This document shows, in pieces, positions 9,581 to 17,229 of a stretch of 24,202 nt of DNA. The stretch is from positions 1-24,202 of the forward strand of contig CAYRVA010000001.1 of assembly GCA_964427645.1 (NCBI GenBank), read 5' to 3'. Position 1 is the stretch's first letter. Every line of letters begins with the position of its first letter. The notes beneath the pieces are model-generated. The model was not told the DNA's origin. It saw nothing but the letters and a program-made list of their open reading frames with translations, and searched no databases. Source of the DNA: an uncultured Candidatus Saccharibacteria bacterium. GTDB taxonomy: Bacteria; Patescibacteriota; Minisyncoccia; UBA6257; GWB1-50-10. Made by a program: the position numbers and the translations under genes.

Positions 9581-10587
9581 CACCGCTTGTTCAAAAGCGT
9601 CCGTTTGTAGACATCCAAATGGTTCAAAATGGTCGCCGTGCCCTTTGAAACACACAATATCGGCTCTTCGGCGACGTAGGCCGAGACTCCCAAGGAGCGC
9701 TTGAAGAATTCCTCGAGATCGCGGAGTTGGGAGCTGCCACCCGAAAGAATGATCCCTTTTCCCATGATGTCGGCGGCGAGTTCCGGCGGGGTCACATTGA
9801 AAACGGACTGGACCGCGCCCATTATTTCGACGAGGTAGGGGTTCACCGCTTCGGCGATCTCGTTCGAGTTGATGACGAGGTCCTTGGGCAGTCCCGAGGA
9901 AAGGTCGCGGCCCCGGACCTTCATCTCCATTTTATTGCGGTTTTGGAGCGCCGTGCCGATGCCGATCTTGATGTTTTCAGCCGTCGTCTCGCCGATCGCG
10001 AGACCGTACTTTTTCTTGATGTACTCGGCGATCGAGTGGTCGAAACGATTCCCGGCGACCCGCAAAGAGGCCCAGGTAACGATGCCGCCGAGGGAGATCA
10101 CGGCCACCTCGGTCGTGCCGCCGCCGATGTTCACGATCATGTTTCCTTCGGCCGAATGGATCGGGATCCCGGCGCCGAGAGCGGCGAGGATCGGTTCCTT
10201 GACGAGATAGGCTTCCTTGGCGCTCGCCTCCTTCGCGGCGTTCATCACGGCGCGGTATTCGGTCGAGGTGATGCCGGCGGGAACGGATATCACGACATCC
10301 GGCCGGAAAACGTTCCACGATCCGACGCTCTTCGTGATGAAATATTTGAGCATCGCCTGGGTCACGTAGTATTCGGCGATGACGCCGTCCTTGAGAGGCT
10401 TGTAGGTCACGATGTCGTCCGGCGTGCGGCCGACCATCTCCTTAGCTTCAGCGCCGACGGCGAGGACCGCGTTGTCCGGTTTGCGCAAAGCGACCACGGT
10501 CGGCTCGTTGATGACGATGCCGTGGTTCGGCAGAAAGACCAAAGTATTCGTTGTTCCGAGATCTATTCCTATTTTCCGTATGAACAT
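9580..10587 (-). CDS. mreB: MreB/Mbl paralogue (copy 2)
   Basis: IGIDLGTTNT, NEPTVVA, PLKDGVIA, KEPILAALG, NIGGGTTE, LSGGSSQL. Start moved to ATG 10587 (MFIRKIG), 335 aa. Confidence 0.93.
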   Translation of the reverse strand: MFIRKIGIDLGTTNTLVFLPNHGIVINEPTVVALRKPDNAVLAVGAEAKEMVGRTPDDIVTYKPLKDGVIAEYYVTQAMLKYFITKSVGSWNVFRPDVVISVPAGITSTEYRAVMNAAKEASAKEAYLVKEPILAALGAGIPIHSAEGNMIVNIGGGTTEVAVISLGGIVTWASLRVAGNRFDHSIAEYIKKKYGLAIGETTAENIKIGIGTALQNRNKMEMKVRGRDLSSGLPKDLVINSNEIAEAVNPYLVEIMGAVQSVFNVTPPELAADIMGKGIILSGGSSQLRDLEEFFKRSLGVSAYVAEEPILCVSKGTATILNHLDVYKRTLLNKR

Positions 10588-10659
10588 CGCTATTAAGTTA
10601 CCCTCTTTCGGCTCAAAGTTCAACTTCCTTATTTCCCGTTCTGATGTAATATGTCCTTG

Positions 10660-12006
10660 ATGCGAAGAAGGACGCGCCGTCTCTTTTTTTACGCCCTCGT
10701 GGCCGTTTTCATCCTGGTCGGGGGCTACCTCGCCTTGGCCGCGGGCGGCTGGGTTTTCAGTTTCAAAACCTGGCGCATCGAAAAGACCGGCGCGCTCTTT
10801 TTGAAATTCTCCCCTTCCGACGCCCGCATTTATTTGGACGGGGCGCTCCAGAACGCGAGCGCCGGATTCCTTTCGAGCGGCGTCTTCATTCCGAACCTCG
10901 CGCCCGACACTTACCATGTCCGCGTCGCGGAAACGGGCTACGCTTCTTGGAACAAGGACCTCACGGTGGAATCCGGTTTTGTCACTTCCGCCTCGCAGGT
11001 GGAACTTTGGCCGGAAGCTTGGGACATCCAGCCCGCCGCGACCGGCACCGTTCCCGACTTTTGGCTCACCGGTTCCGGCGCCGTCGTCAAAACCCAGACT
11101 GGAAGCCTCCGGCTGGACGGCGACACCATCGCCGGGGAAAGCCTGGTTTTAAGCGACCCTTCGAACGACGCCGCCATAACGACGAACGGCCGGGATTATT
11201 CTTGGGTCAACCTCAACGAACCGAAAAACGCGGTGGACGTCACCGCTCTTTTCGATTCCCTGCGCCGATCCCAGCTCGATCTCACGGGCAGCGTACCCAT
11301 CGAACGGATATTTTTCCACCCTTTCAGCGCCACGCGCCTTTTGATCGTTTCTCAAAAGGCCGTTTACCTCCTCGATCTGCGCCAGCCGAAACTTTCACTT
11401 TTGCTGCGCACGCCGGGCATCGTGGCCGCTGCGACGAGCGATAACGAGGTTTTTACCCTTGATTCCTCGAGCACGCTCGATATTTTCAACCTCCTTCTCC
11501 AAACGGAGAGCGCCATTCCGCTCGGCGTTTCCGGTGCGGCGAGGATCGTCGTGACGCCTGAAGGCGGCAACGTATTCATCCTCCAAAACAACGGTACACT
11601 AACCGGATATAAACGCGGTTCGCAAGCGACGACGACTCTCGCCTCCGGCGTCGCCGATTTCTGGATCTCACCGGGCGAGGAACGAATGGCGCTGAAGACG
11701 ACGAGCGGCCGGCTCCGGCTGCTCGCGCTCAAGAATTTTTGGAACGACGGCAATTTTACCGCCGGCGAGACTTGGGACGTCGCCGTGCCGGGCGGCCAAC
11801 CGGACGACTTCTCCTGGGTCCCCGATTTCCCGGGTTACGGCCTGACGCTTTCTGGCGGCGAGCTTGCCTTTGTCGAACTTGACCCGCGTTCACCGGGGAA
11901 CGCGAGCGTGATCGCAAATGGCGTATCCAAATTCTATTTGAACGGCTCCGATCTCTTCTTCCTCAAAAGCGGCGTGCTCGAGTCGGTCGATTTGAGCAAT
12001 CTTTGA
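10660..12006 (+). CDS. Membrane-anchored PEGA-domain / beta-propeller surface protein
   Basis: Basic N-terminus plus TM, 'KTGALFLK..P.DA.IYLDG ... L.P..Y.V.V...GY..W.K.L.V' PEGA pattern, and beta-rich repeats after it. ATG 10660 lies 7 nt after TAATAT (10647-10652); the ORF track uses 10651. Confidence 0.75.
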   Translation: MRRRTRRLFFYALVAVFILVGGYLALAAGGWVFSFKTWRIEKTGALFLKFSPSDARIYLDGALQNASAGFLSSGVFIPNLAPDTYHVRVAETGYASWNKDLTVESGFVTSASQVELWPEAWDIQPAATGTVPDFWLTGSGAVVKTQTGSLRLDGDTIAGESLVLSDPSNDAAITTNGRDYSWVNLNEPKNAVDVTALFDSLRRSQLDLTGSVPIERIFFHPFSATRLLIVSQKAVYLLDLRQPKLSLLLRTPGIVAAATSDNEVFTLDSSSTLDIFNLLLQTESAIPLGVSGAARIVVTPEGGNVFILQNNGTLTGYKRGSQATTTLASGVADFWISPGEERMALKTTSGRLRLLALKNFWNDGNFTAGETWDVAVPGGQPDDFSWVPDFPGYGLTLSGGELAFVELDPRSPGNASVIANGVSKFYLNGSDLFFLKSGVLESVDLSNL

Positions 12007-12026
12007 CGCTTTCTGGGCGCAGCCGG

Positions 12027-12053
12027 AAGTATGGGGGCCCGGCTTCCATGCTT
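12027..12053. repeat. Degenerate copy of the REP-like palindrome (AAGTATGGGGGCC-C-GGCTTCCATGCTT)
   Basis: 3 differences from the 13063 copy; all three give G-T/U wobble pairs on the + strand. Confidence 0.75.
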
Positions 12054-12141
12054 AGGTTGGTTCTCCCCGCGCTCTGGACAAATCGTCTTTTTAATTTTAA
12101 TATATGAGCGAAGTTCATTCACAAAAAGGAGGTAGTAGAAC

Positions 12142-12513
12142 TTGGAAGCATTGAAATCTTTCGTACCCATCGTCATGTCGATGCTCGGTATCGTCATGAC
12201 GTTCACCGCGGTGAACTACGCCGTGCACCGCAAATCTCAACGTTACAGCCTTAAGTCCAATTTGGCTGTAATTGCGGCATTTGGAGGACTGGTCCTCATG
12301 GCCCTGGGTCTGATGATCTCGGATACCTTGGCCAAAATGACGCGCTTTTCCGAGTTTGGGCAATTTTACGCCAACCTCGAATACATCAACGGAACTGCCC
12401 TGATCGTCTATGTCCTGGCGGCTTACTTTTCCGCCAAAGCCATCTGGGGAAGTCTCGGGAAAATCAACAGGTCAAACGCAAAAACAGCGTTCCAAAAAGG
12501 AGGTAGTAAGTAA
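12142..12513 (+). CDS. Hypothetical membrane protein (about 3 TM)
   Basis: TTG start after AAGGAGGT; three hydrophobic segments; TAATG coupling to the next gene. Confidence 0.75.
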   Translation: MEALKSFVPIVMSMLGIVMTFTAVNYAVHRKSQRYSLKSNLAVIAAFGGLVLMALGLMISDTLAKMTRFSEFGQFYANLEYINGTALIVYVLAAYFSAKAIWGSLGKINRSNAKTAFQKGGSK

Positions 12514-12998
12514 TGTACTGGTATTTCGGATATTTCGTGGTCGCGATGATCGCGGCCCATCTGACGATCCTTTCGCTGCACCAAATTTTCCGCCGGCCGA
12601 AAGCCTCGGTCAAAAGACCGATGGTGGTGATGTTCCCGTTCGTCTGCGGCGTTTTTACCCTCGTCGTGATGACGTGGAAGGTCATTGCCGGATTGAAGGG
12701 TGAATATGCCGATGCGGTCAGGGACGTCTTCCTGCCGATCCAGATCTACGGCATCGTGATATACCTCGCGATCGGTCTCTTCTACGTGATTCTTTCCGCG
12801 AACAGAGCCGAAAAAGCCGCCGGTAAAAAGGAAGATTGTAGCACGACGCCCAAAACGGACAGGATCCTGGAAAATCATGATCAAGATTTCTCGCCCGACG
12901 ATAAACTCGAGGCCATTGAGGAGGTGATCGGCGTTCATCCGACTCCCTTCGACGATCATGTCGGTCCGAGCCTGGTCAAGCGCATCGTCCAGGCCTGA
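12513..12998 (+). CDS. Hypothetical membrane protein (about 3 TM plus acidic soluble tail)
   Basis: AAAGGAGGT SD, TAATG overlap, followed by an intrinsic terminator. Confidence 0.75.
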   Translation: MYWYFGYFVVAMIAAHLTILSLHQIFRRPKASVKRPMVVMFPFVCGVFTLVVMTWKVIAGLKGEYADAVRDVFLPIQIYGIVIYLAIGLFYVILSANRAEKAAGKKEDCSTTPKTDRILENHDQDFSPDDKLEAIEEVIGVHPTPFDDHVGPSLVKRIVQA

Positions 12999-13023
12999 TA
13001 GATAAGAGTCTGAAAGTTAATTG

Positions 13024-13050
13024 AAAGCTCCGCACCCGCGGAGCTTTTTT
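13024..13050 (+). terminator. Intrinsic terminator
   Basis: AAAGCTCCGC-ACCC-GCGGAGCTTT followed by a T-run. Confidence 0.85.
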
Positions 13051-13062
13051 GTGTCCCGGAAA

Positions 13063-13089
13063 AAGTATGGAGGCCCGGCCTCCATACTT
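13063..13089. repeat. REP-like palindrome AAGTATGGAGGCC-C-GGCCTCCATACTT
   Basis: Perfect 13-bp arms with a 1-nt centre, between convergent genes. Confidence 0.85.
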
Positions 13090-13097
13090 CGGCCGGA

Positions 13098-13613
13098 TCA
13101 CCGATATACGAATTTCCCTTTTCTCACCCGCAAAAATGGCGTGAGCTTGTGCCGCCGGGCCGTGATCCTACTCGAAATGTGATAGACGGCCCATTTTTTC
13201 TTTGTGAGGGCGTCAGCGATGAGCGACCGGTGGCACCGCCACGGCACCGCCTCGGCGCACATGATGGCCGTGCTTTTGTGCCTGGCTATTTTCTCCAGCC
13301 TTTCGATCCCCTTTTCGAAAGCGGTGGTCTGCATGTAGTCCGCAAAGCCGCGGAAGGAAAGATTTTGCCAGCCCGTGTTTTCGGAGTCTTTCGTCGTCCT
13401 CCGCAAGCCGCCCAGCTCCTTCCCAAGCCATCGGTAACCGATGCCGTGATTTTTAAGCGTCCGGCTCAAAGTCGGCCTGGCGAACTGCGGGTTGTGGCGT
13501 GACTTCGGGATAGTCCGCACGTCCACGAGCTCGCGGACGCCGTGGGCCTTGAGGAGCGAAACGAAATAGTCGGCTTCCCTCGTCGAGTGACCGACAGTGA
13601 AGATCCGACTCAT
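13098..13613 (-). CDS. DUF488 family protein
   Basis: IFTVGHS, LVDVR..P.SR..PQF, LGG.R, CAE..PWRCHRSLIAD. True start is ATG 13613 (ATGA overlap with the GNAT stop). Confidence 0.9.
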   Translation of the reverse strand: MSRIFTVGHSTREADYFVSLLKAHGVRELVDVRTIPKSRHNPQFARPTLSRTLKNHGIGYRWLGKELGGLRRTTKDSENTGWQNLSFRGFADYMQTTAFEKGIERLEKIARHKSTAIMCAEAVPWRCHRSLIADALTKKKWAVYHISSRITARRHKLTPFLRVRKGKFVYR

Positions 13614-14146
13614 CGCGAACGCTTTTTCCCCAGCCATTGGTCGCGCAAGATGCCCATTTGGACCAGATCGTGGTAACGGCCGCCCCAGCGGATGTGTTCC
13701 CGCTTTCTGCCCTCCACCTTGAAGCCGAGGCGGCGGTAAACGTGGATGCCGCGGCCGTTGTAGTCGTAAACATCGAGCTCGATGCGGTGGAGTTTCAGCC
13801 GCCTGAAACCGTAGTCGACGATCAGCTTCATCGCTTCCGTCCCATAGCCGTGGTCCCAGTAGCGCTTGTCGCCGATCATAATGCCGAAAACAGCGTAGCC
13901 ATCCCTCCGGTTGATAACGCTGAATCCGACGTTGCCGATGTGGATCCCTTCCTTGGCGTCGACGGCCAGATGGAGCTCGTTCTTCCTTTTGGGAATGGAG
14001 CGGATCCAAACGCGTTCTTCCTTCAGGTCGAGCTTCCGGCGCGAGAGGAATTTGTTCACGCCGGGATCCCGGAACCATTCCACGAAGTGTTCCGCATCCG
14101 CGACCTTCATCGGTCGCAAGATCACCTTTTCACCAATGAGCTTCAT
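13610..14146 (-). CDS. GNAT N-acetyltransferase (RimJ/RimL-like)
   Basis: G..IG...YW..GYGTEA, LHRIEL.V..YN.R....Y..LGF..EG..RE. Confidence 0.9.
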   Translation of the reverse strand: MKLIGEKVILRPMKVADAEHFVEWFRDPGVNKFLSRRKLDLKEERVWIRSIPKRKNELHLAVDAKEGIHIGNVGFSVINRRDGYAVFGIMIGDKRYWDHGYGTEAMKLIVDYGFRRLKLHRIELDVYDYNGRGIHVYRRLGFKVEGRKREHIRWGGRYHDLVQMGILRDQWLGKKRSR

Positions 14147-14153
14147 AGGCAGG

Positions 14154-14594
14154 TCATGCTTTCGCTTCCTTGACCCTCGAAAAAGCGGCCTTGACGACCT
14201 GAACGCCGGACGGGAATAAAAGTTCCCCCGCCTCCTCGAGCGTTACCCATCTCGTTTCCGGTATCTCCAGGTGGAAATCCTCCGGTGTCGCCGATTCCAT
14301 TTTTCTCACCAGGCCGATGAAATACGTGACCGTTTTGCGGTAGTGAACGCCGTCTTTCTCGAATTCATAGGTGTCCTTGATCGGCTCGGCGCCGAAAAGC
14401 TCGATCTCCTTGATGCCCGTCTCTTCGAAAAGCTCCCGGCGAGCCGTTTCAATGTCCGACTCATCGCCGATCTTATGGCCTTTTGGCGACGTCCAGTGCC
14501 GGTCCTTATTGTTGCTCACGACGATCGTCTTGAGAACTCCTCCGTCGTCGCAGACCGGGACGATTCCGAACGATGTATCGAGCTGAGGTCCCAT
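14154..14594 (-). CDS. Nudix hydrolase (Ap4A-hydrolase-like)
   Basis: PKGH plus a complete Nudix box GHKIGDESDIETARRELFEETGI. Confidence 0.9.
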   Translation of the reverse strand: MGPQLDTSFGIVPVCDDGGVLKTIVVSNNKDRHWTSPKGHKIGDESDIETARRELFEETGIKEIELFGAEPIKDTYEFEKDGVHYRKTVTYFIGLVRKMESATPEDFHLEIPETRWVTLEEAGELLFPSGVQVVKAAFSRVKEAKA

Positions 14595-14600
14595 GCTTTA

Positions 14601-14609
14601 ATTCTACCA
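14601..14609 (-). promoter_or_regulatory. Extended -10 promoter (TGG-TAGAAT) 6 nt before the Nudix ATG; probable leaderless mRNA
   Basis: Minus strand reads GTGGTAGAAT-TAAAGC-ATG. Confidence 0.6.
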
Positions 14610-14634
14610 CTCCCGCGGTCCGCCGGCGGATATG

Positions 14635-14664
14635 AAAATAAAAAAGCCGCCGGGAAGCCGACGG
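14635..14664 (-). terminator. Intrinsic terminator
   Basis: Minus strand GCCGTCGG-CTTC-CCGGCGGC-TTTTTATTTT. Confidence 0.75.
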
Positions 14665-14684
14665 CCGTGAAATGAGACGAATCT

Positions 14685-14903
14685 CTATCTCCTTATCAAC
14701 AAAACGAACATCAAGAGATTGAAGACGAACGAACCCGCAGGGTAAAGGCGTTCTTTGATCGTCCAGTCTTCGGCAGCGATCGTGCCGATCAAACCGGCGG
14801 AGGAACAGGAGGACCAGAGCCACCAGCTCGCCGGGTCCGGATGGAGCCAGGCGTCGCGCACCGCCGGGATTCCGGCTAGGATGCTCGCGAGCACCCCGAT
14901 GGT
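14685..14903 (-). pseudogene. Probable 5'-truncated membrane-protein gene (3-TM C-terminal half)
   Basis: TIGVLASILAGIPAVRDAWLHPDPAS...EDWTIKERLYPA...MFVLLIRR* recalls the second half of a roughly 180-aa, internally duplicated PQ-loop-like membrane family (from memory, not searched). Upstream the frame is the antisense of a + strand ORF and stops at 15012-15014. Confidence 0.4.
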
Positions 14904-14916
14904 CCGGGAAAACGTG

Positions 14917-15294
14917 ATGTTCCTCGACTGGGATGAACTTGCGCCCGGCATCGAGCCGAACCGCGAGATAATGGAAAATTTCGACGCGTTCGTGAAGGAA
15001 AACGCCCTGGCCTACGAGATGACGACGTTCATCCAAATGCTCAAGCAGTATCCCGATGCGCTCGACTCCGAATCGGAGCTCAAGGAGGAGGCCAAACGCC
15101 GCATCGCCTGCGAAAGCGATGAGGCGCGGTATCTCACGGGCCCCCGATCCCCTTTCGAGGGCGGACGATTCATCCTCATCCCGCTCGAGCGGCCGGAGCG
15201 CTACGTCTTCTTCGACCTTCTTGTTCCGGATTTCACGAAACGGATCGCTTCCGTCTTCCGGCCTTATCCCTGGCGGCTCAAATCCGACGATTAA
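14917..15294 (+). CDS. Hypothetical soluble protein (start uncertain: 14899, 14917 or 14971)
   Basis: Natural-looking hydrophilic composition; followed at once by a terminator. Confidence 0.55.
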   Translation: MFLDWDELAPGIEPNREIMENFDAFVKENALAYEMTTFIQMLKQYPDALDSESELKEEAKRRIACESDEARYLTGPRSPFEGGRFILIPLERPERYVFFDLLVPDFTKRIASVFRPYPWRLKSDD

Positions 15295-15295
15295 G

Positions 15296-15329
15296 AAAAA
15301 CCCGCGTCCAAACGACGCGGGCATTTTTT
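15296..15329 (+). terminator. Intrinsic (possibly bidirectional) terminator
   Basis: AAAAA-CCCGCGTC-CAAAC-GACGCGGG-CATTTTTT. Confidence 0.8.
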
Positions 15330-15397
15330 AGATGGAAAAATAAAATGCCGCGAGATCTTGAGACCAAGCGGCATTCGACTGAATTATCTTTCGAATT

Positions 15398-15562
15398 TCA
15401 CCAGAACTTCACGGCGAAGTGGGCTATAACGATGACTATCGCCGCCCCAAGCGCTGCGAACAAAGCCATCGCCACGATGATCGTCCTGGGAAAGTTGGAG
15501 AACTCCTCGCCGAATAGCAGGCCGACGAGCCAGTGCGCTACCTTTTGGGAGATCTTACCCAT
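15398..15562 (-). CDS. Small single-TM protein, 54 aa (not in the ORF track)
   Basis: MGKISQKVAHWLVGLLFGEEFSNFPRTIIVAMALFAALGAAIVIVIAHFAVKFW*; GGAAGGAG SD; start overlaps the upstream stop by 8 nt. Confidence 0.6.
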   Translation of the reverse strand: MGKISQKVAHWLVGLLFGEEFSNFPRTIIVAMALFAALGAAIVIVIAHFAVKFW

Positions 15563-16163
15563 CTTTCTCTCCTTCCTCTTCGGCGGCGAAGACCAGCGAC
15601 CATTTGTACGCCAATGAATGGATCACAAGCACGGCCGAAAGGATGGTGAAACCGGTGAGTAGGAAGTAAACCATAAAGTCCGCACCGATCATGGCGAAGA
15701 AGATCGCCGCAGTGGCCGCATAAATAGCGTTGCGCTTGGTGTACCAAACTCTCACTTCGACACTGGATTTCCTCTTCGCGTAGAAAGGGCCGTAGACCAT
15801 ATTGAACCAGAAAGATCTTCGAAAGACCTCGTTCGCTTGTCCGTCCTTGAGAACGTGGATTTCATAGAAAGCCCTGCCGCGATTCAGACCTTCAACCATA
15901 CCCGATCTCAACAGAATCAATAAGATCATTCCACCAAAGATGCCGGATACAAGCGGCGATGTTATGCCGTTCACGGCCCAGGTCAGCCAACTCAGGACCG
16001 GTAGGTCTTTGAGAGTGGAAGCCAACATTCGAATCGCGAGGCCGAAGCAAGCCAGCATCCAGAAGGCTTGCGCGGTTCCAACGGTTATCTGCAACTCGTA
16101 GCTAAGAATGCTCCCGAGGATCGCCTTGCGGCGCCATTTCTTCCCTAGAGAATCGAATTTCAT
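15555..16163 (-). CDS. Hypothetical membrane protein (about 4 TM)
   Basis: GAGGAGG SD, own sigma70-like promoter, two hydrophobic hairpins. Confidence 0.7.
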   Translation of the reverse strand: MKFDSLGKKWRRKAILGSILSYELQITVGTAQAFWMLACFGLAIRMLASTLKDLPVLSWLTWAVNGITSPLVSGIFGGMILLILLRSGMVEGLNRGRAFYEIHVLKDGQANEVFRRSFWFNMVYGPFYAKRKSSVEVRVWYTKRNAIYAATAAIFFAMIGADFMVYFLLTGFTILSAVLVIHSLAYKWSLVFAAEEEGEKDG

Positions 16164-16224
16164 CTATCATTACCTCCTCTTTTGTTTTGTCAGGCGGATC
16201 TTTCAATCCGGTACTTTGACCGCT

Positions 16225-16254
16225 ATTATACGTCATTTGCGAGCATATAGTCAA
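16225..16254 (-). promoter_or_regulatory. sigma70-type promoter TTGACT-N18-TATAAT
   Basis: Reverse complements of AGTCAA (16249-16254) and ATTATA (16225-16230). Confidence 0.6.
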
Positions 16255-16287
16255 GGAACAACGAGTGGTATTATAATTCTAGGATCG

Positions 16288-16497
16288 ATGCGGAAGGAGA
16301 CCGGTATATATGATGTTTCGAAACTCGCCAAGTTCTTTGGCGTCAGGGAGCGCACCGTCCTCGAATGGTGCCGGAAGGGCAAACTGCCCGGATTCAAGAT
16401 CGGCCGGAGATGGAAGGTGAGAGTCGCCGACCTTCAGAAGATGATCGACCGGCAGGTGCGCGGCCGAAGAGAGGGTTCCCCTCCCCGCCTGCTTTAG
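16288..16497 (+). CDS. Small excisionase-like/MerR-type HTH DNA-binding protein (HTH_17-like)
   Basis: YDVSKLAKFFGVRERTVLEWCRKGKLPGFKIGRRWKV; TATAAT at 16272-16277; start moved to ATG 16288. Confidence 0.85.
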   Translation: MRKETGIYDVSKLAKFFGVRERTVLEWCRKGKLPGFKIGRRWKVRVADLQKMIDRQVRGRREGSPPRLL

Positions 16498-16530
16498 CGG
16501 CCGGTATGGTATAATTTTTTCAATCGATCC

Positions 16531-16929
16531 ATGCCCCTCACGCGGGAACAAGAACAAGGCTTGAGCAGCCAGAACTGCGACGCCATCATCGAGATAGACA
16601 AGCTCGGCCGAATCACCTTCGTCCACTACATGACCGAAGAGATCGCGAAGCTCCTCGGCTACGCGGAAAGGGAGCTTTTGGGCCAGCAAGTGACCAATTT
16701 CCTCCTCGAAGCCGGAACGATGGCCGAGGTCGAAACGCTCCACAACCTCTACGCAAGCGAGCAGTCTTTCCGCGGCATGGGCCGGAAAGTGAAGACCAAA
16801 AACGGCCAGATCATCAACTTTGAAAGCTATATGGTTCCCATCTACGACGCCGACGGCCGCTTCATCGGCCACCGCGGGATGGAGTTCCTCGTGGAGCCCT
16901 TTCCGCTGTCGATCGCGAGAAAGAAATAA
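16531..16929 (+). CDS. Stand-alone PAS-domain protein
   Basis: DAIIEID..GRITFV, LLGY...ELLG, KTKNG...., PIYDADG..IG; TGG-TATAAT at 16505-16513. Confidence 0.85.
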   Translation: MPLTREQEQGLSSQNCDAIIEIDKLGRITFVHYMTEEIAKLLGYAERELLGQQVTNFLLEAGTMAEVETLHNLYASEQSFRGMGRKVKTKNGQIINFESYMVPIYDADGRFIGHRGMEFLVEPFPLSIARKK

Positions 16930-16943
16930 AAAGCCCGGCGCAC

Positions 16944-17228
16944 ATGCTGAAGATAGAGGGACATGATATTTTGCGGGACGGAACGAAAGCCGGCTACATC
17001 GAAGGCGACTACATCCGCGGCCGTGACGGGAAGATCCTCGGTTCTTTCGCGGAAGACCACGTGCGCAATGCGGCCGGCCAGAAGATCGCTTATATCGACG
17101 GCAATTACCTTTGTTCCATGAGCGACACCGTCGTCAAAGTATCGCTCGAAAAAGTCAACGAGAACGTGGAAGGCGGGTTTTTACCCGAGATCGGCCGGTG
17201 CGCCGTCTATGCCCTGATCGGCGCTTGA
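16944..17228 (+). CDS. Small beta-hairpin-repeat protein (beta-flower-like)
   Basis: About 16-aa repeats: IEGHDILRDGTKAGY / IEGDYIRGRDGKILGS / FAEDHVRNAAGQKIAY / IDGNYL. Confidence 0.65.
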   Translation: MLKIEGHDILRDGTKAGYIEGDYIRGRDGKILGSFAEDHVRNAAGQKIAYIDGNYLCSMSDTVVKVSLEKVNENVEGGFLPEIGRCAVYALIGA

Positions 17229-17229
17229 A

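Noticed and set aside
10588-10917. 110-aa N-terminal extension of MreB copy 2 (similar extensions on proS, holB, DUF488, HTH, Ubl and E1 in the track)
   Set aside because: The extensions overlap neighbouring genes or promoters; family-typical starts, start/stop overlaps or SD sites support the shorter starts.
6095-13089. CRISPR array
   Set aside because: The palindromic repeats are kilobases apart in separate intergenic gaps, with no regular spacers and no cas genes.
13098-14078. 326-aa fusion ORF ending in DUF488
   Set aside because: The N-terminal 155 aa are an alternative frame of the GNAT gene; DUF488 starts at 13613 with an ATGA overlap.
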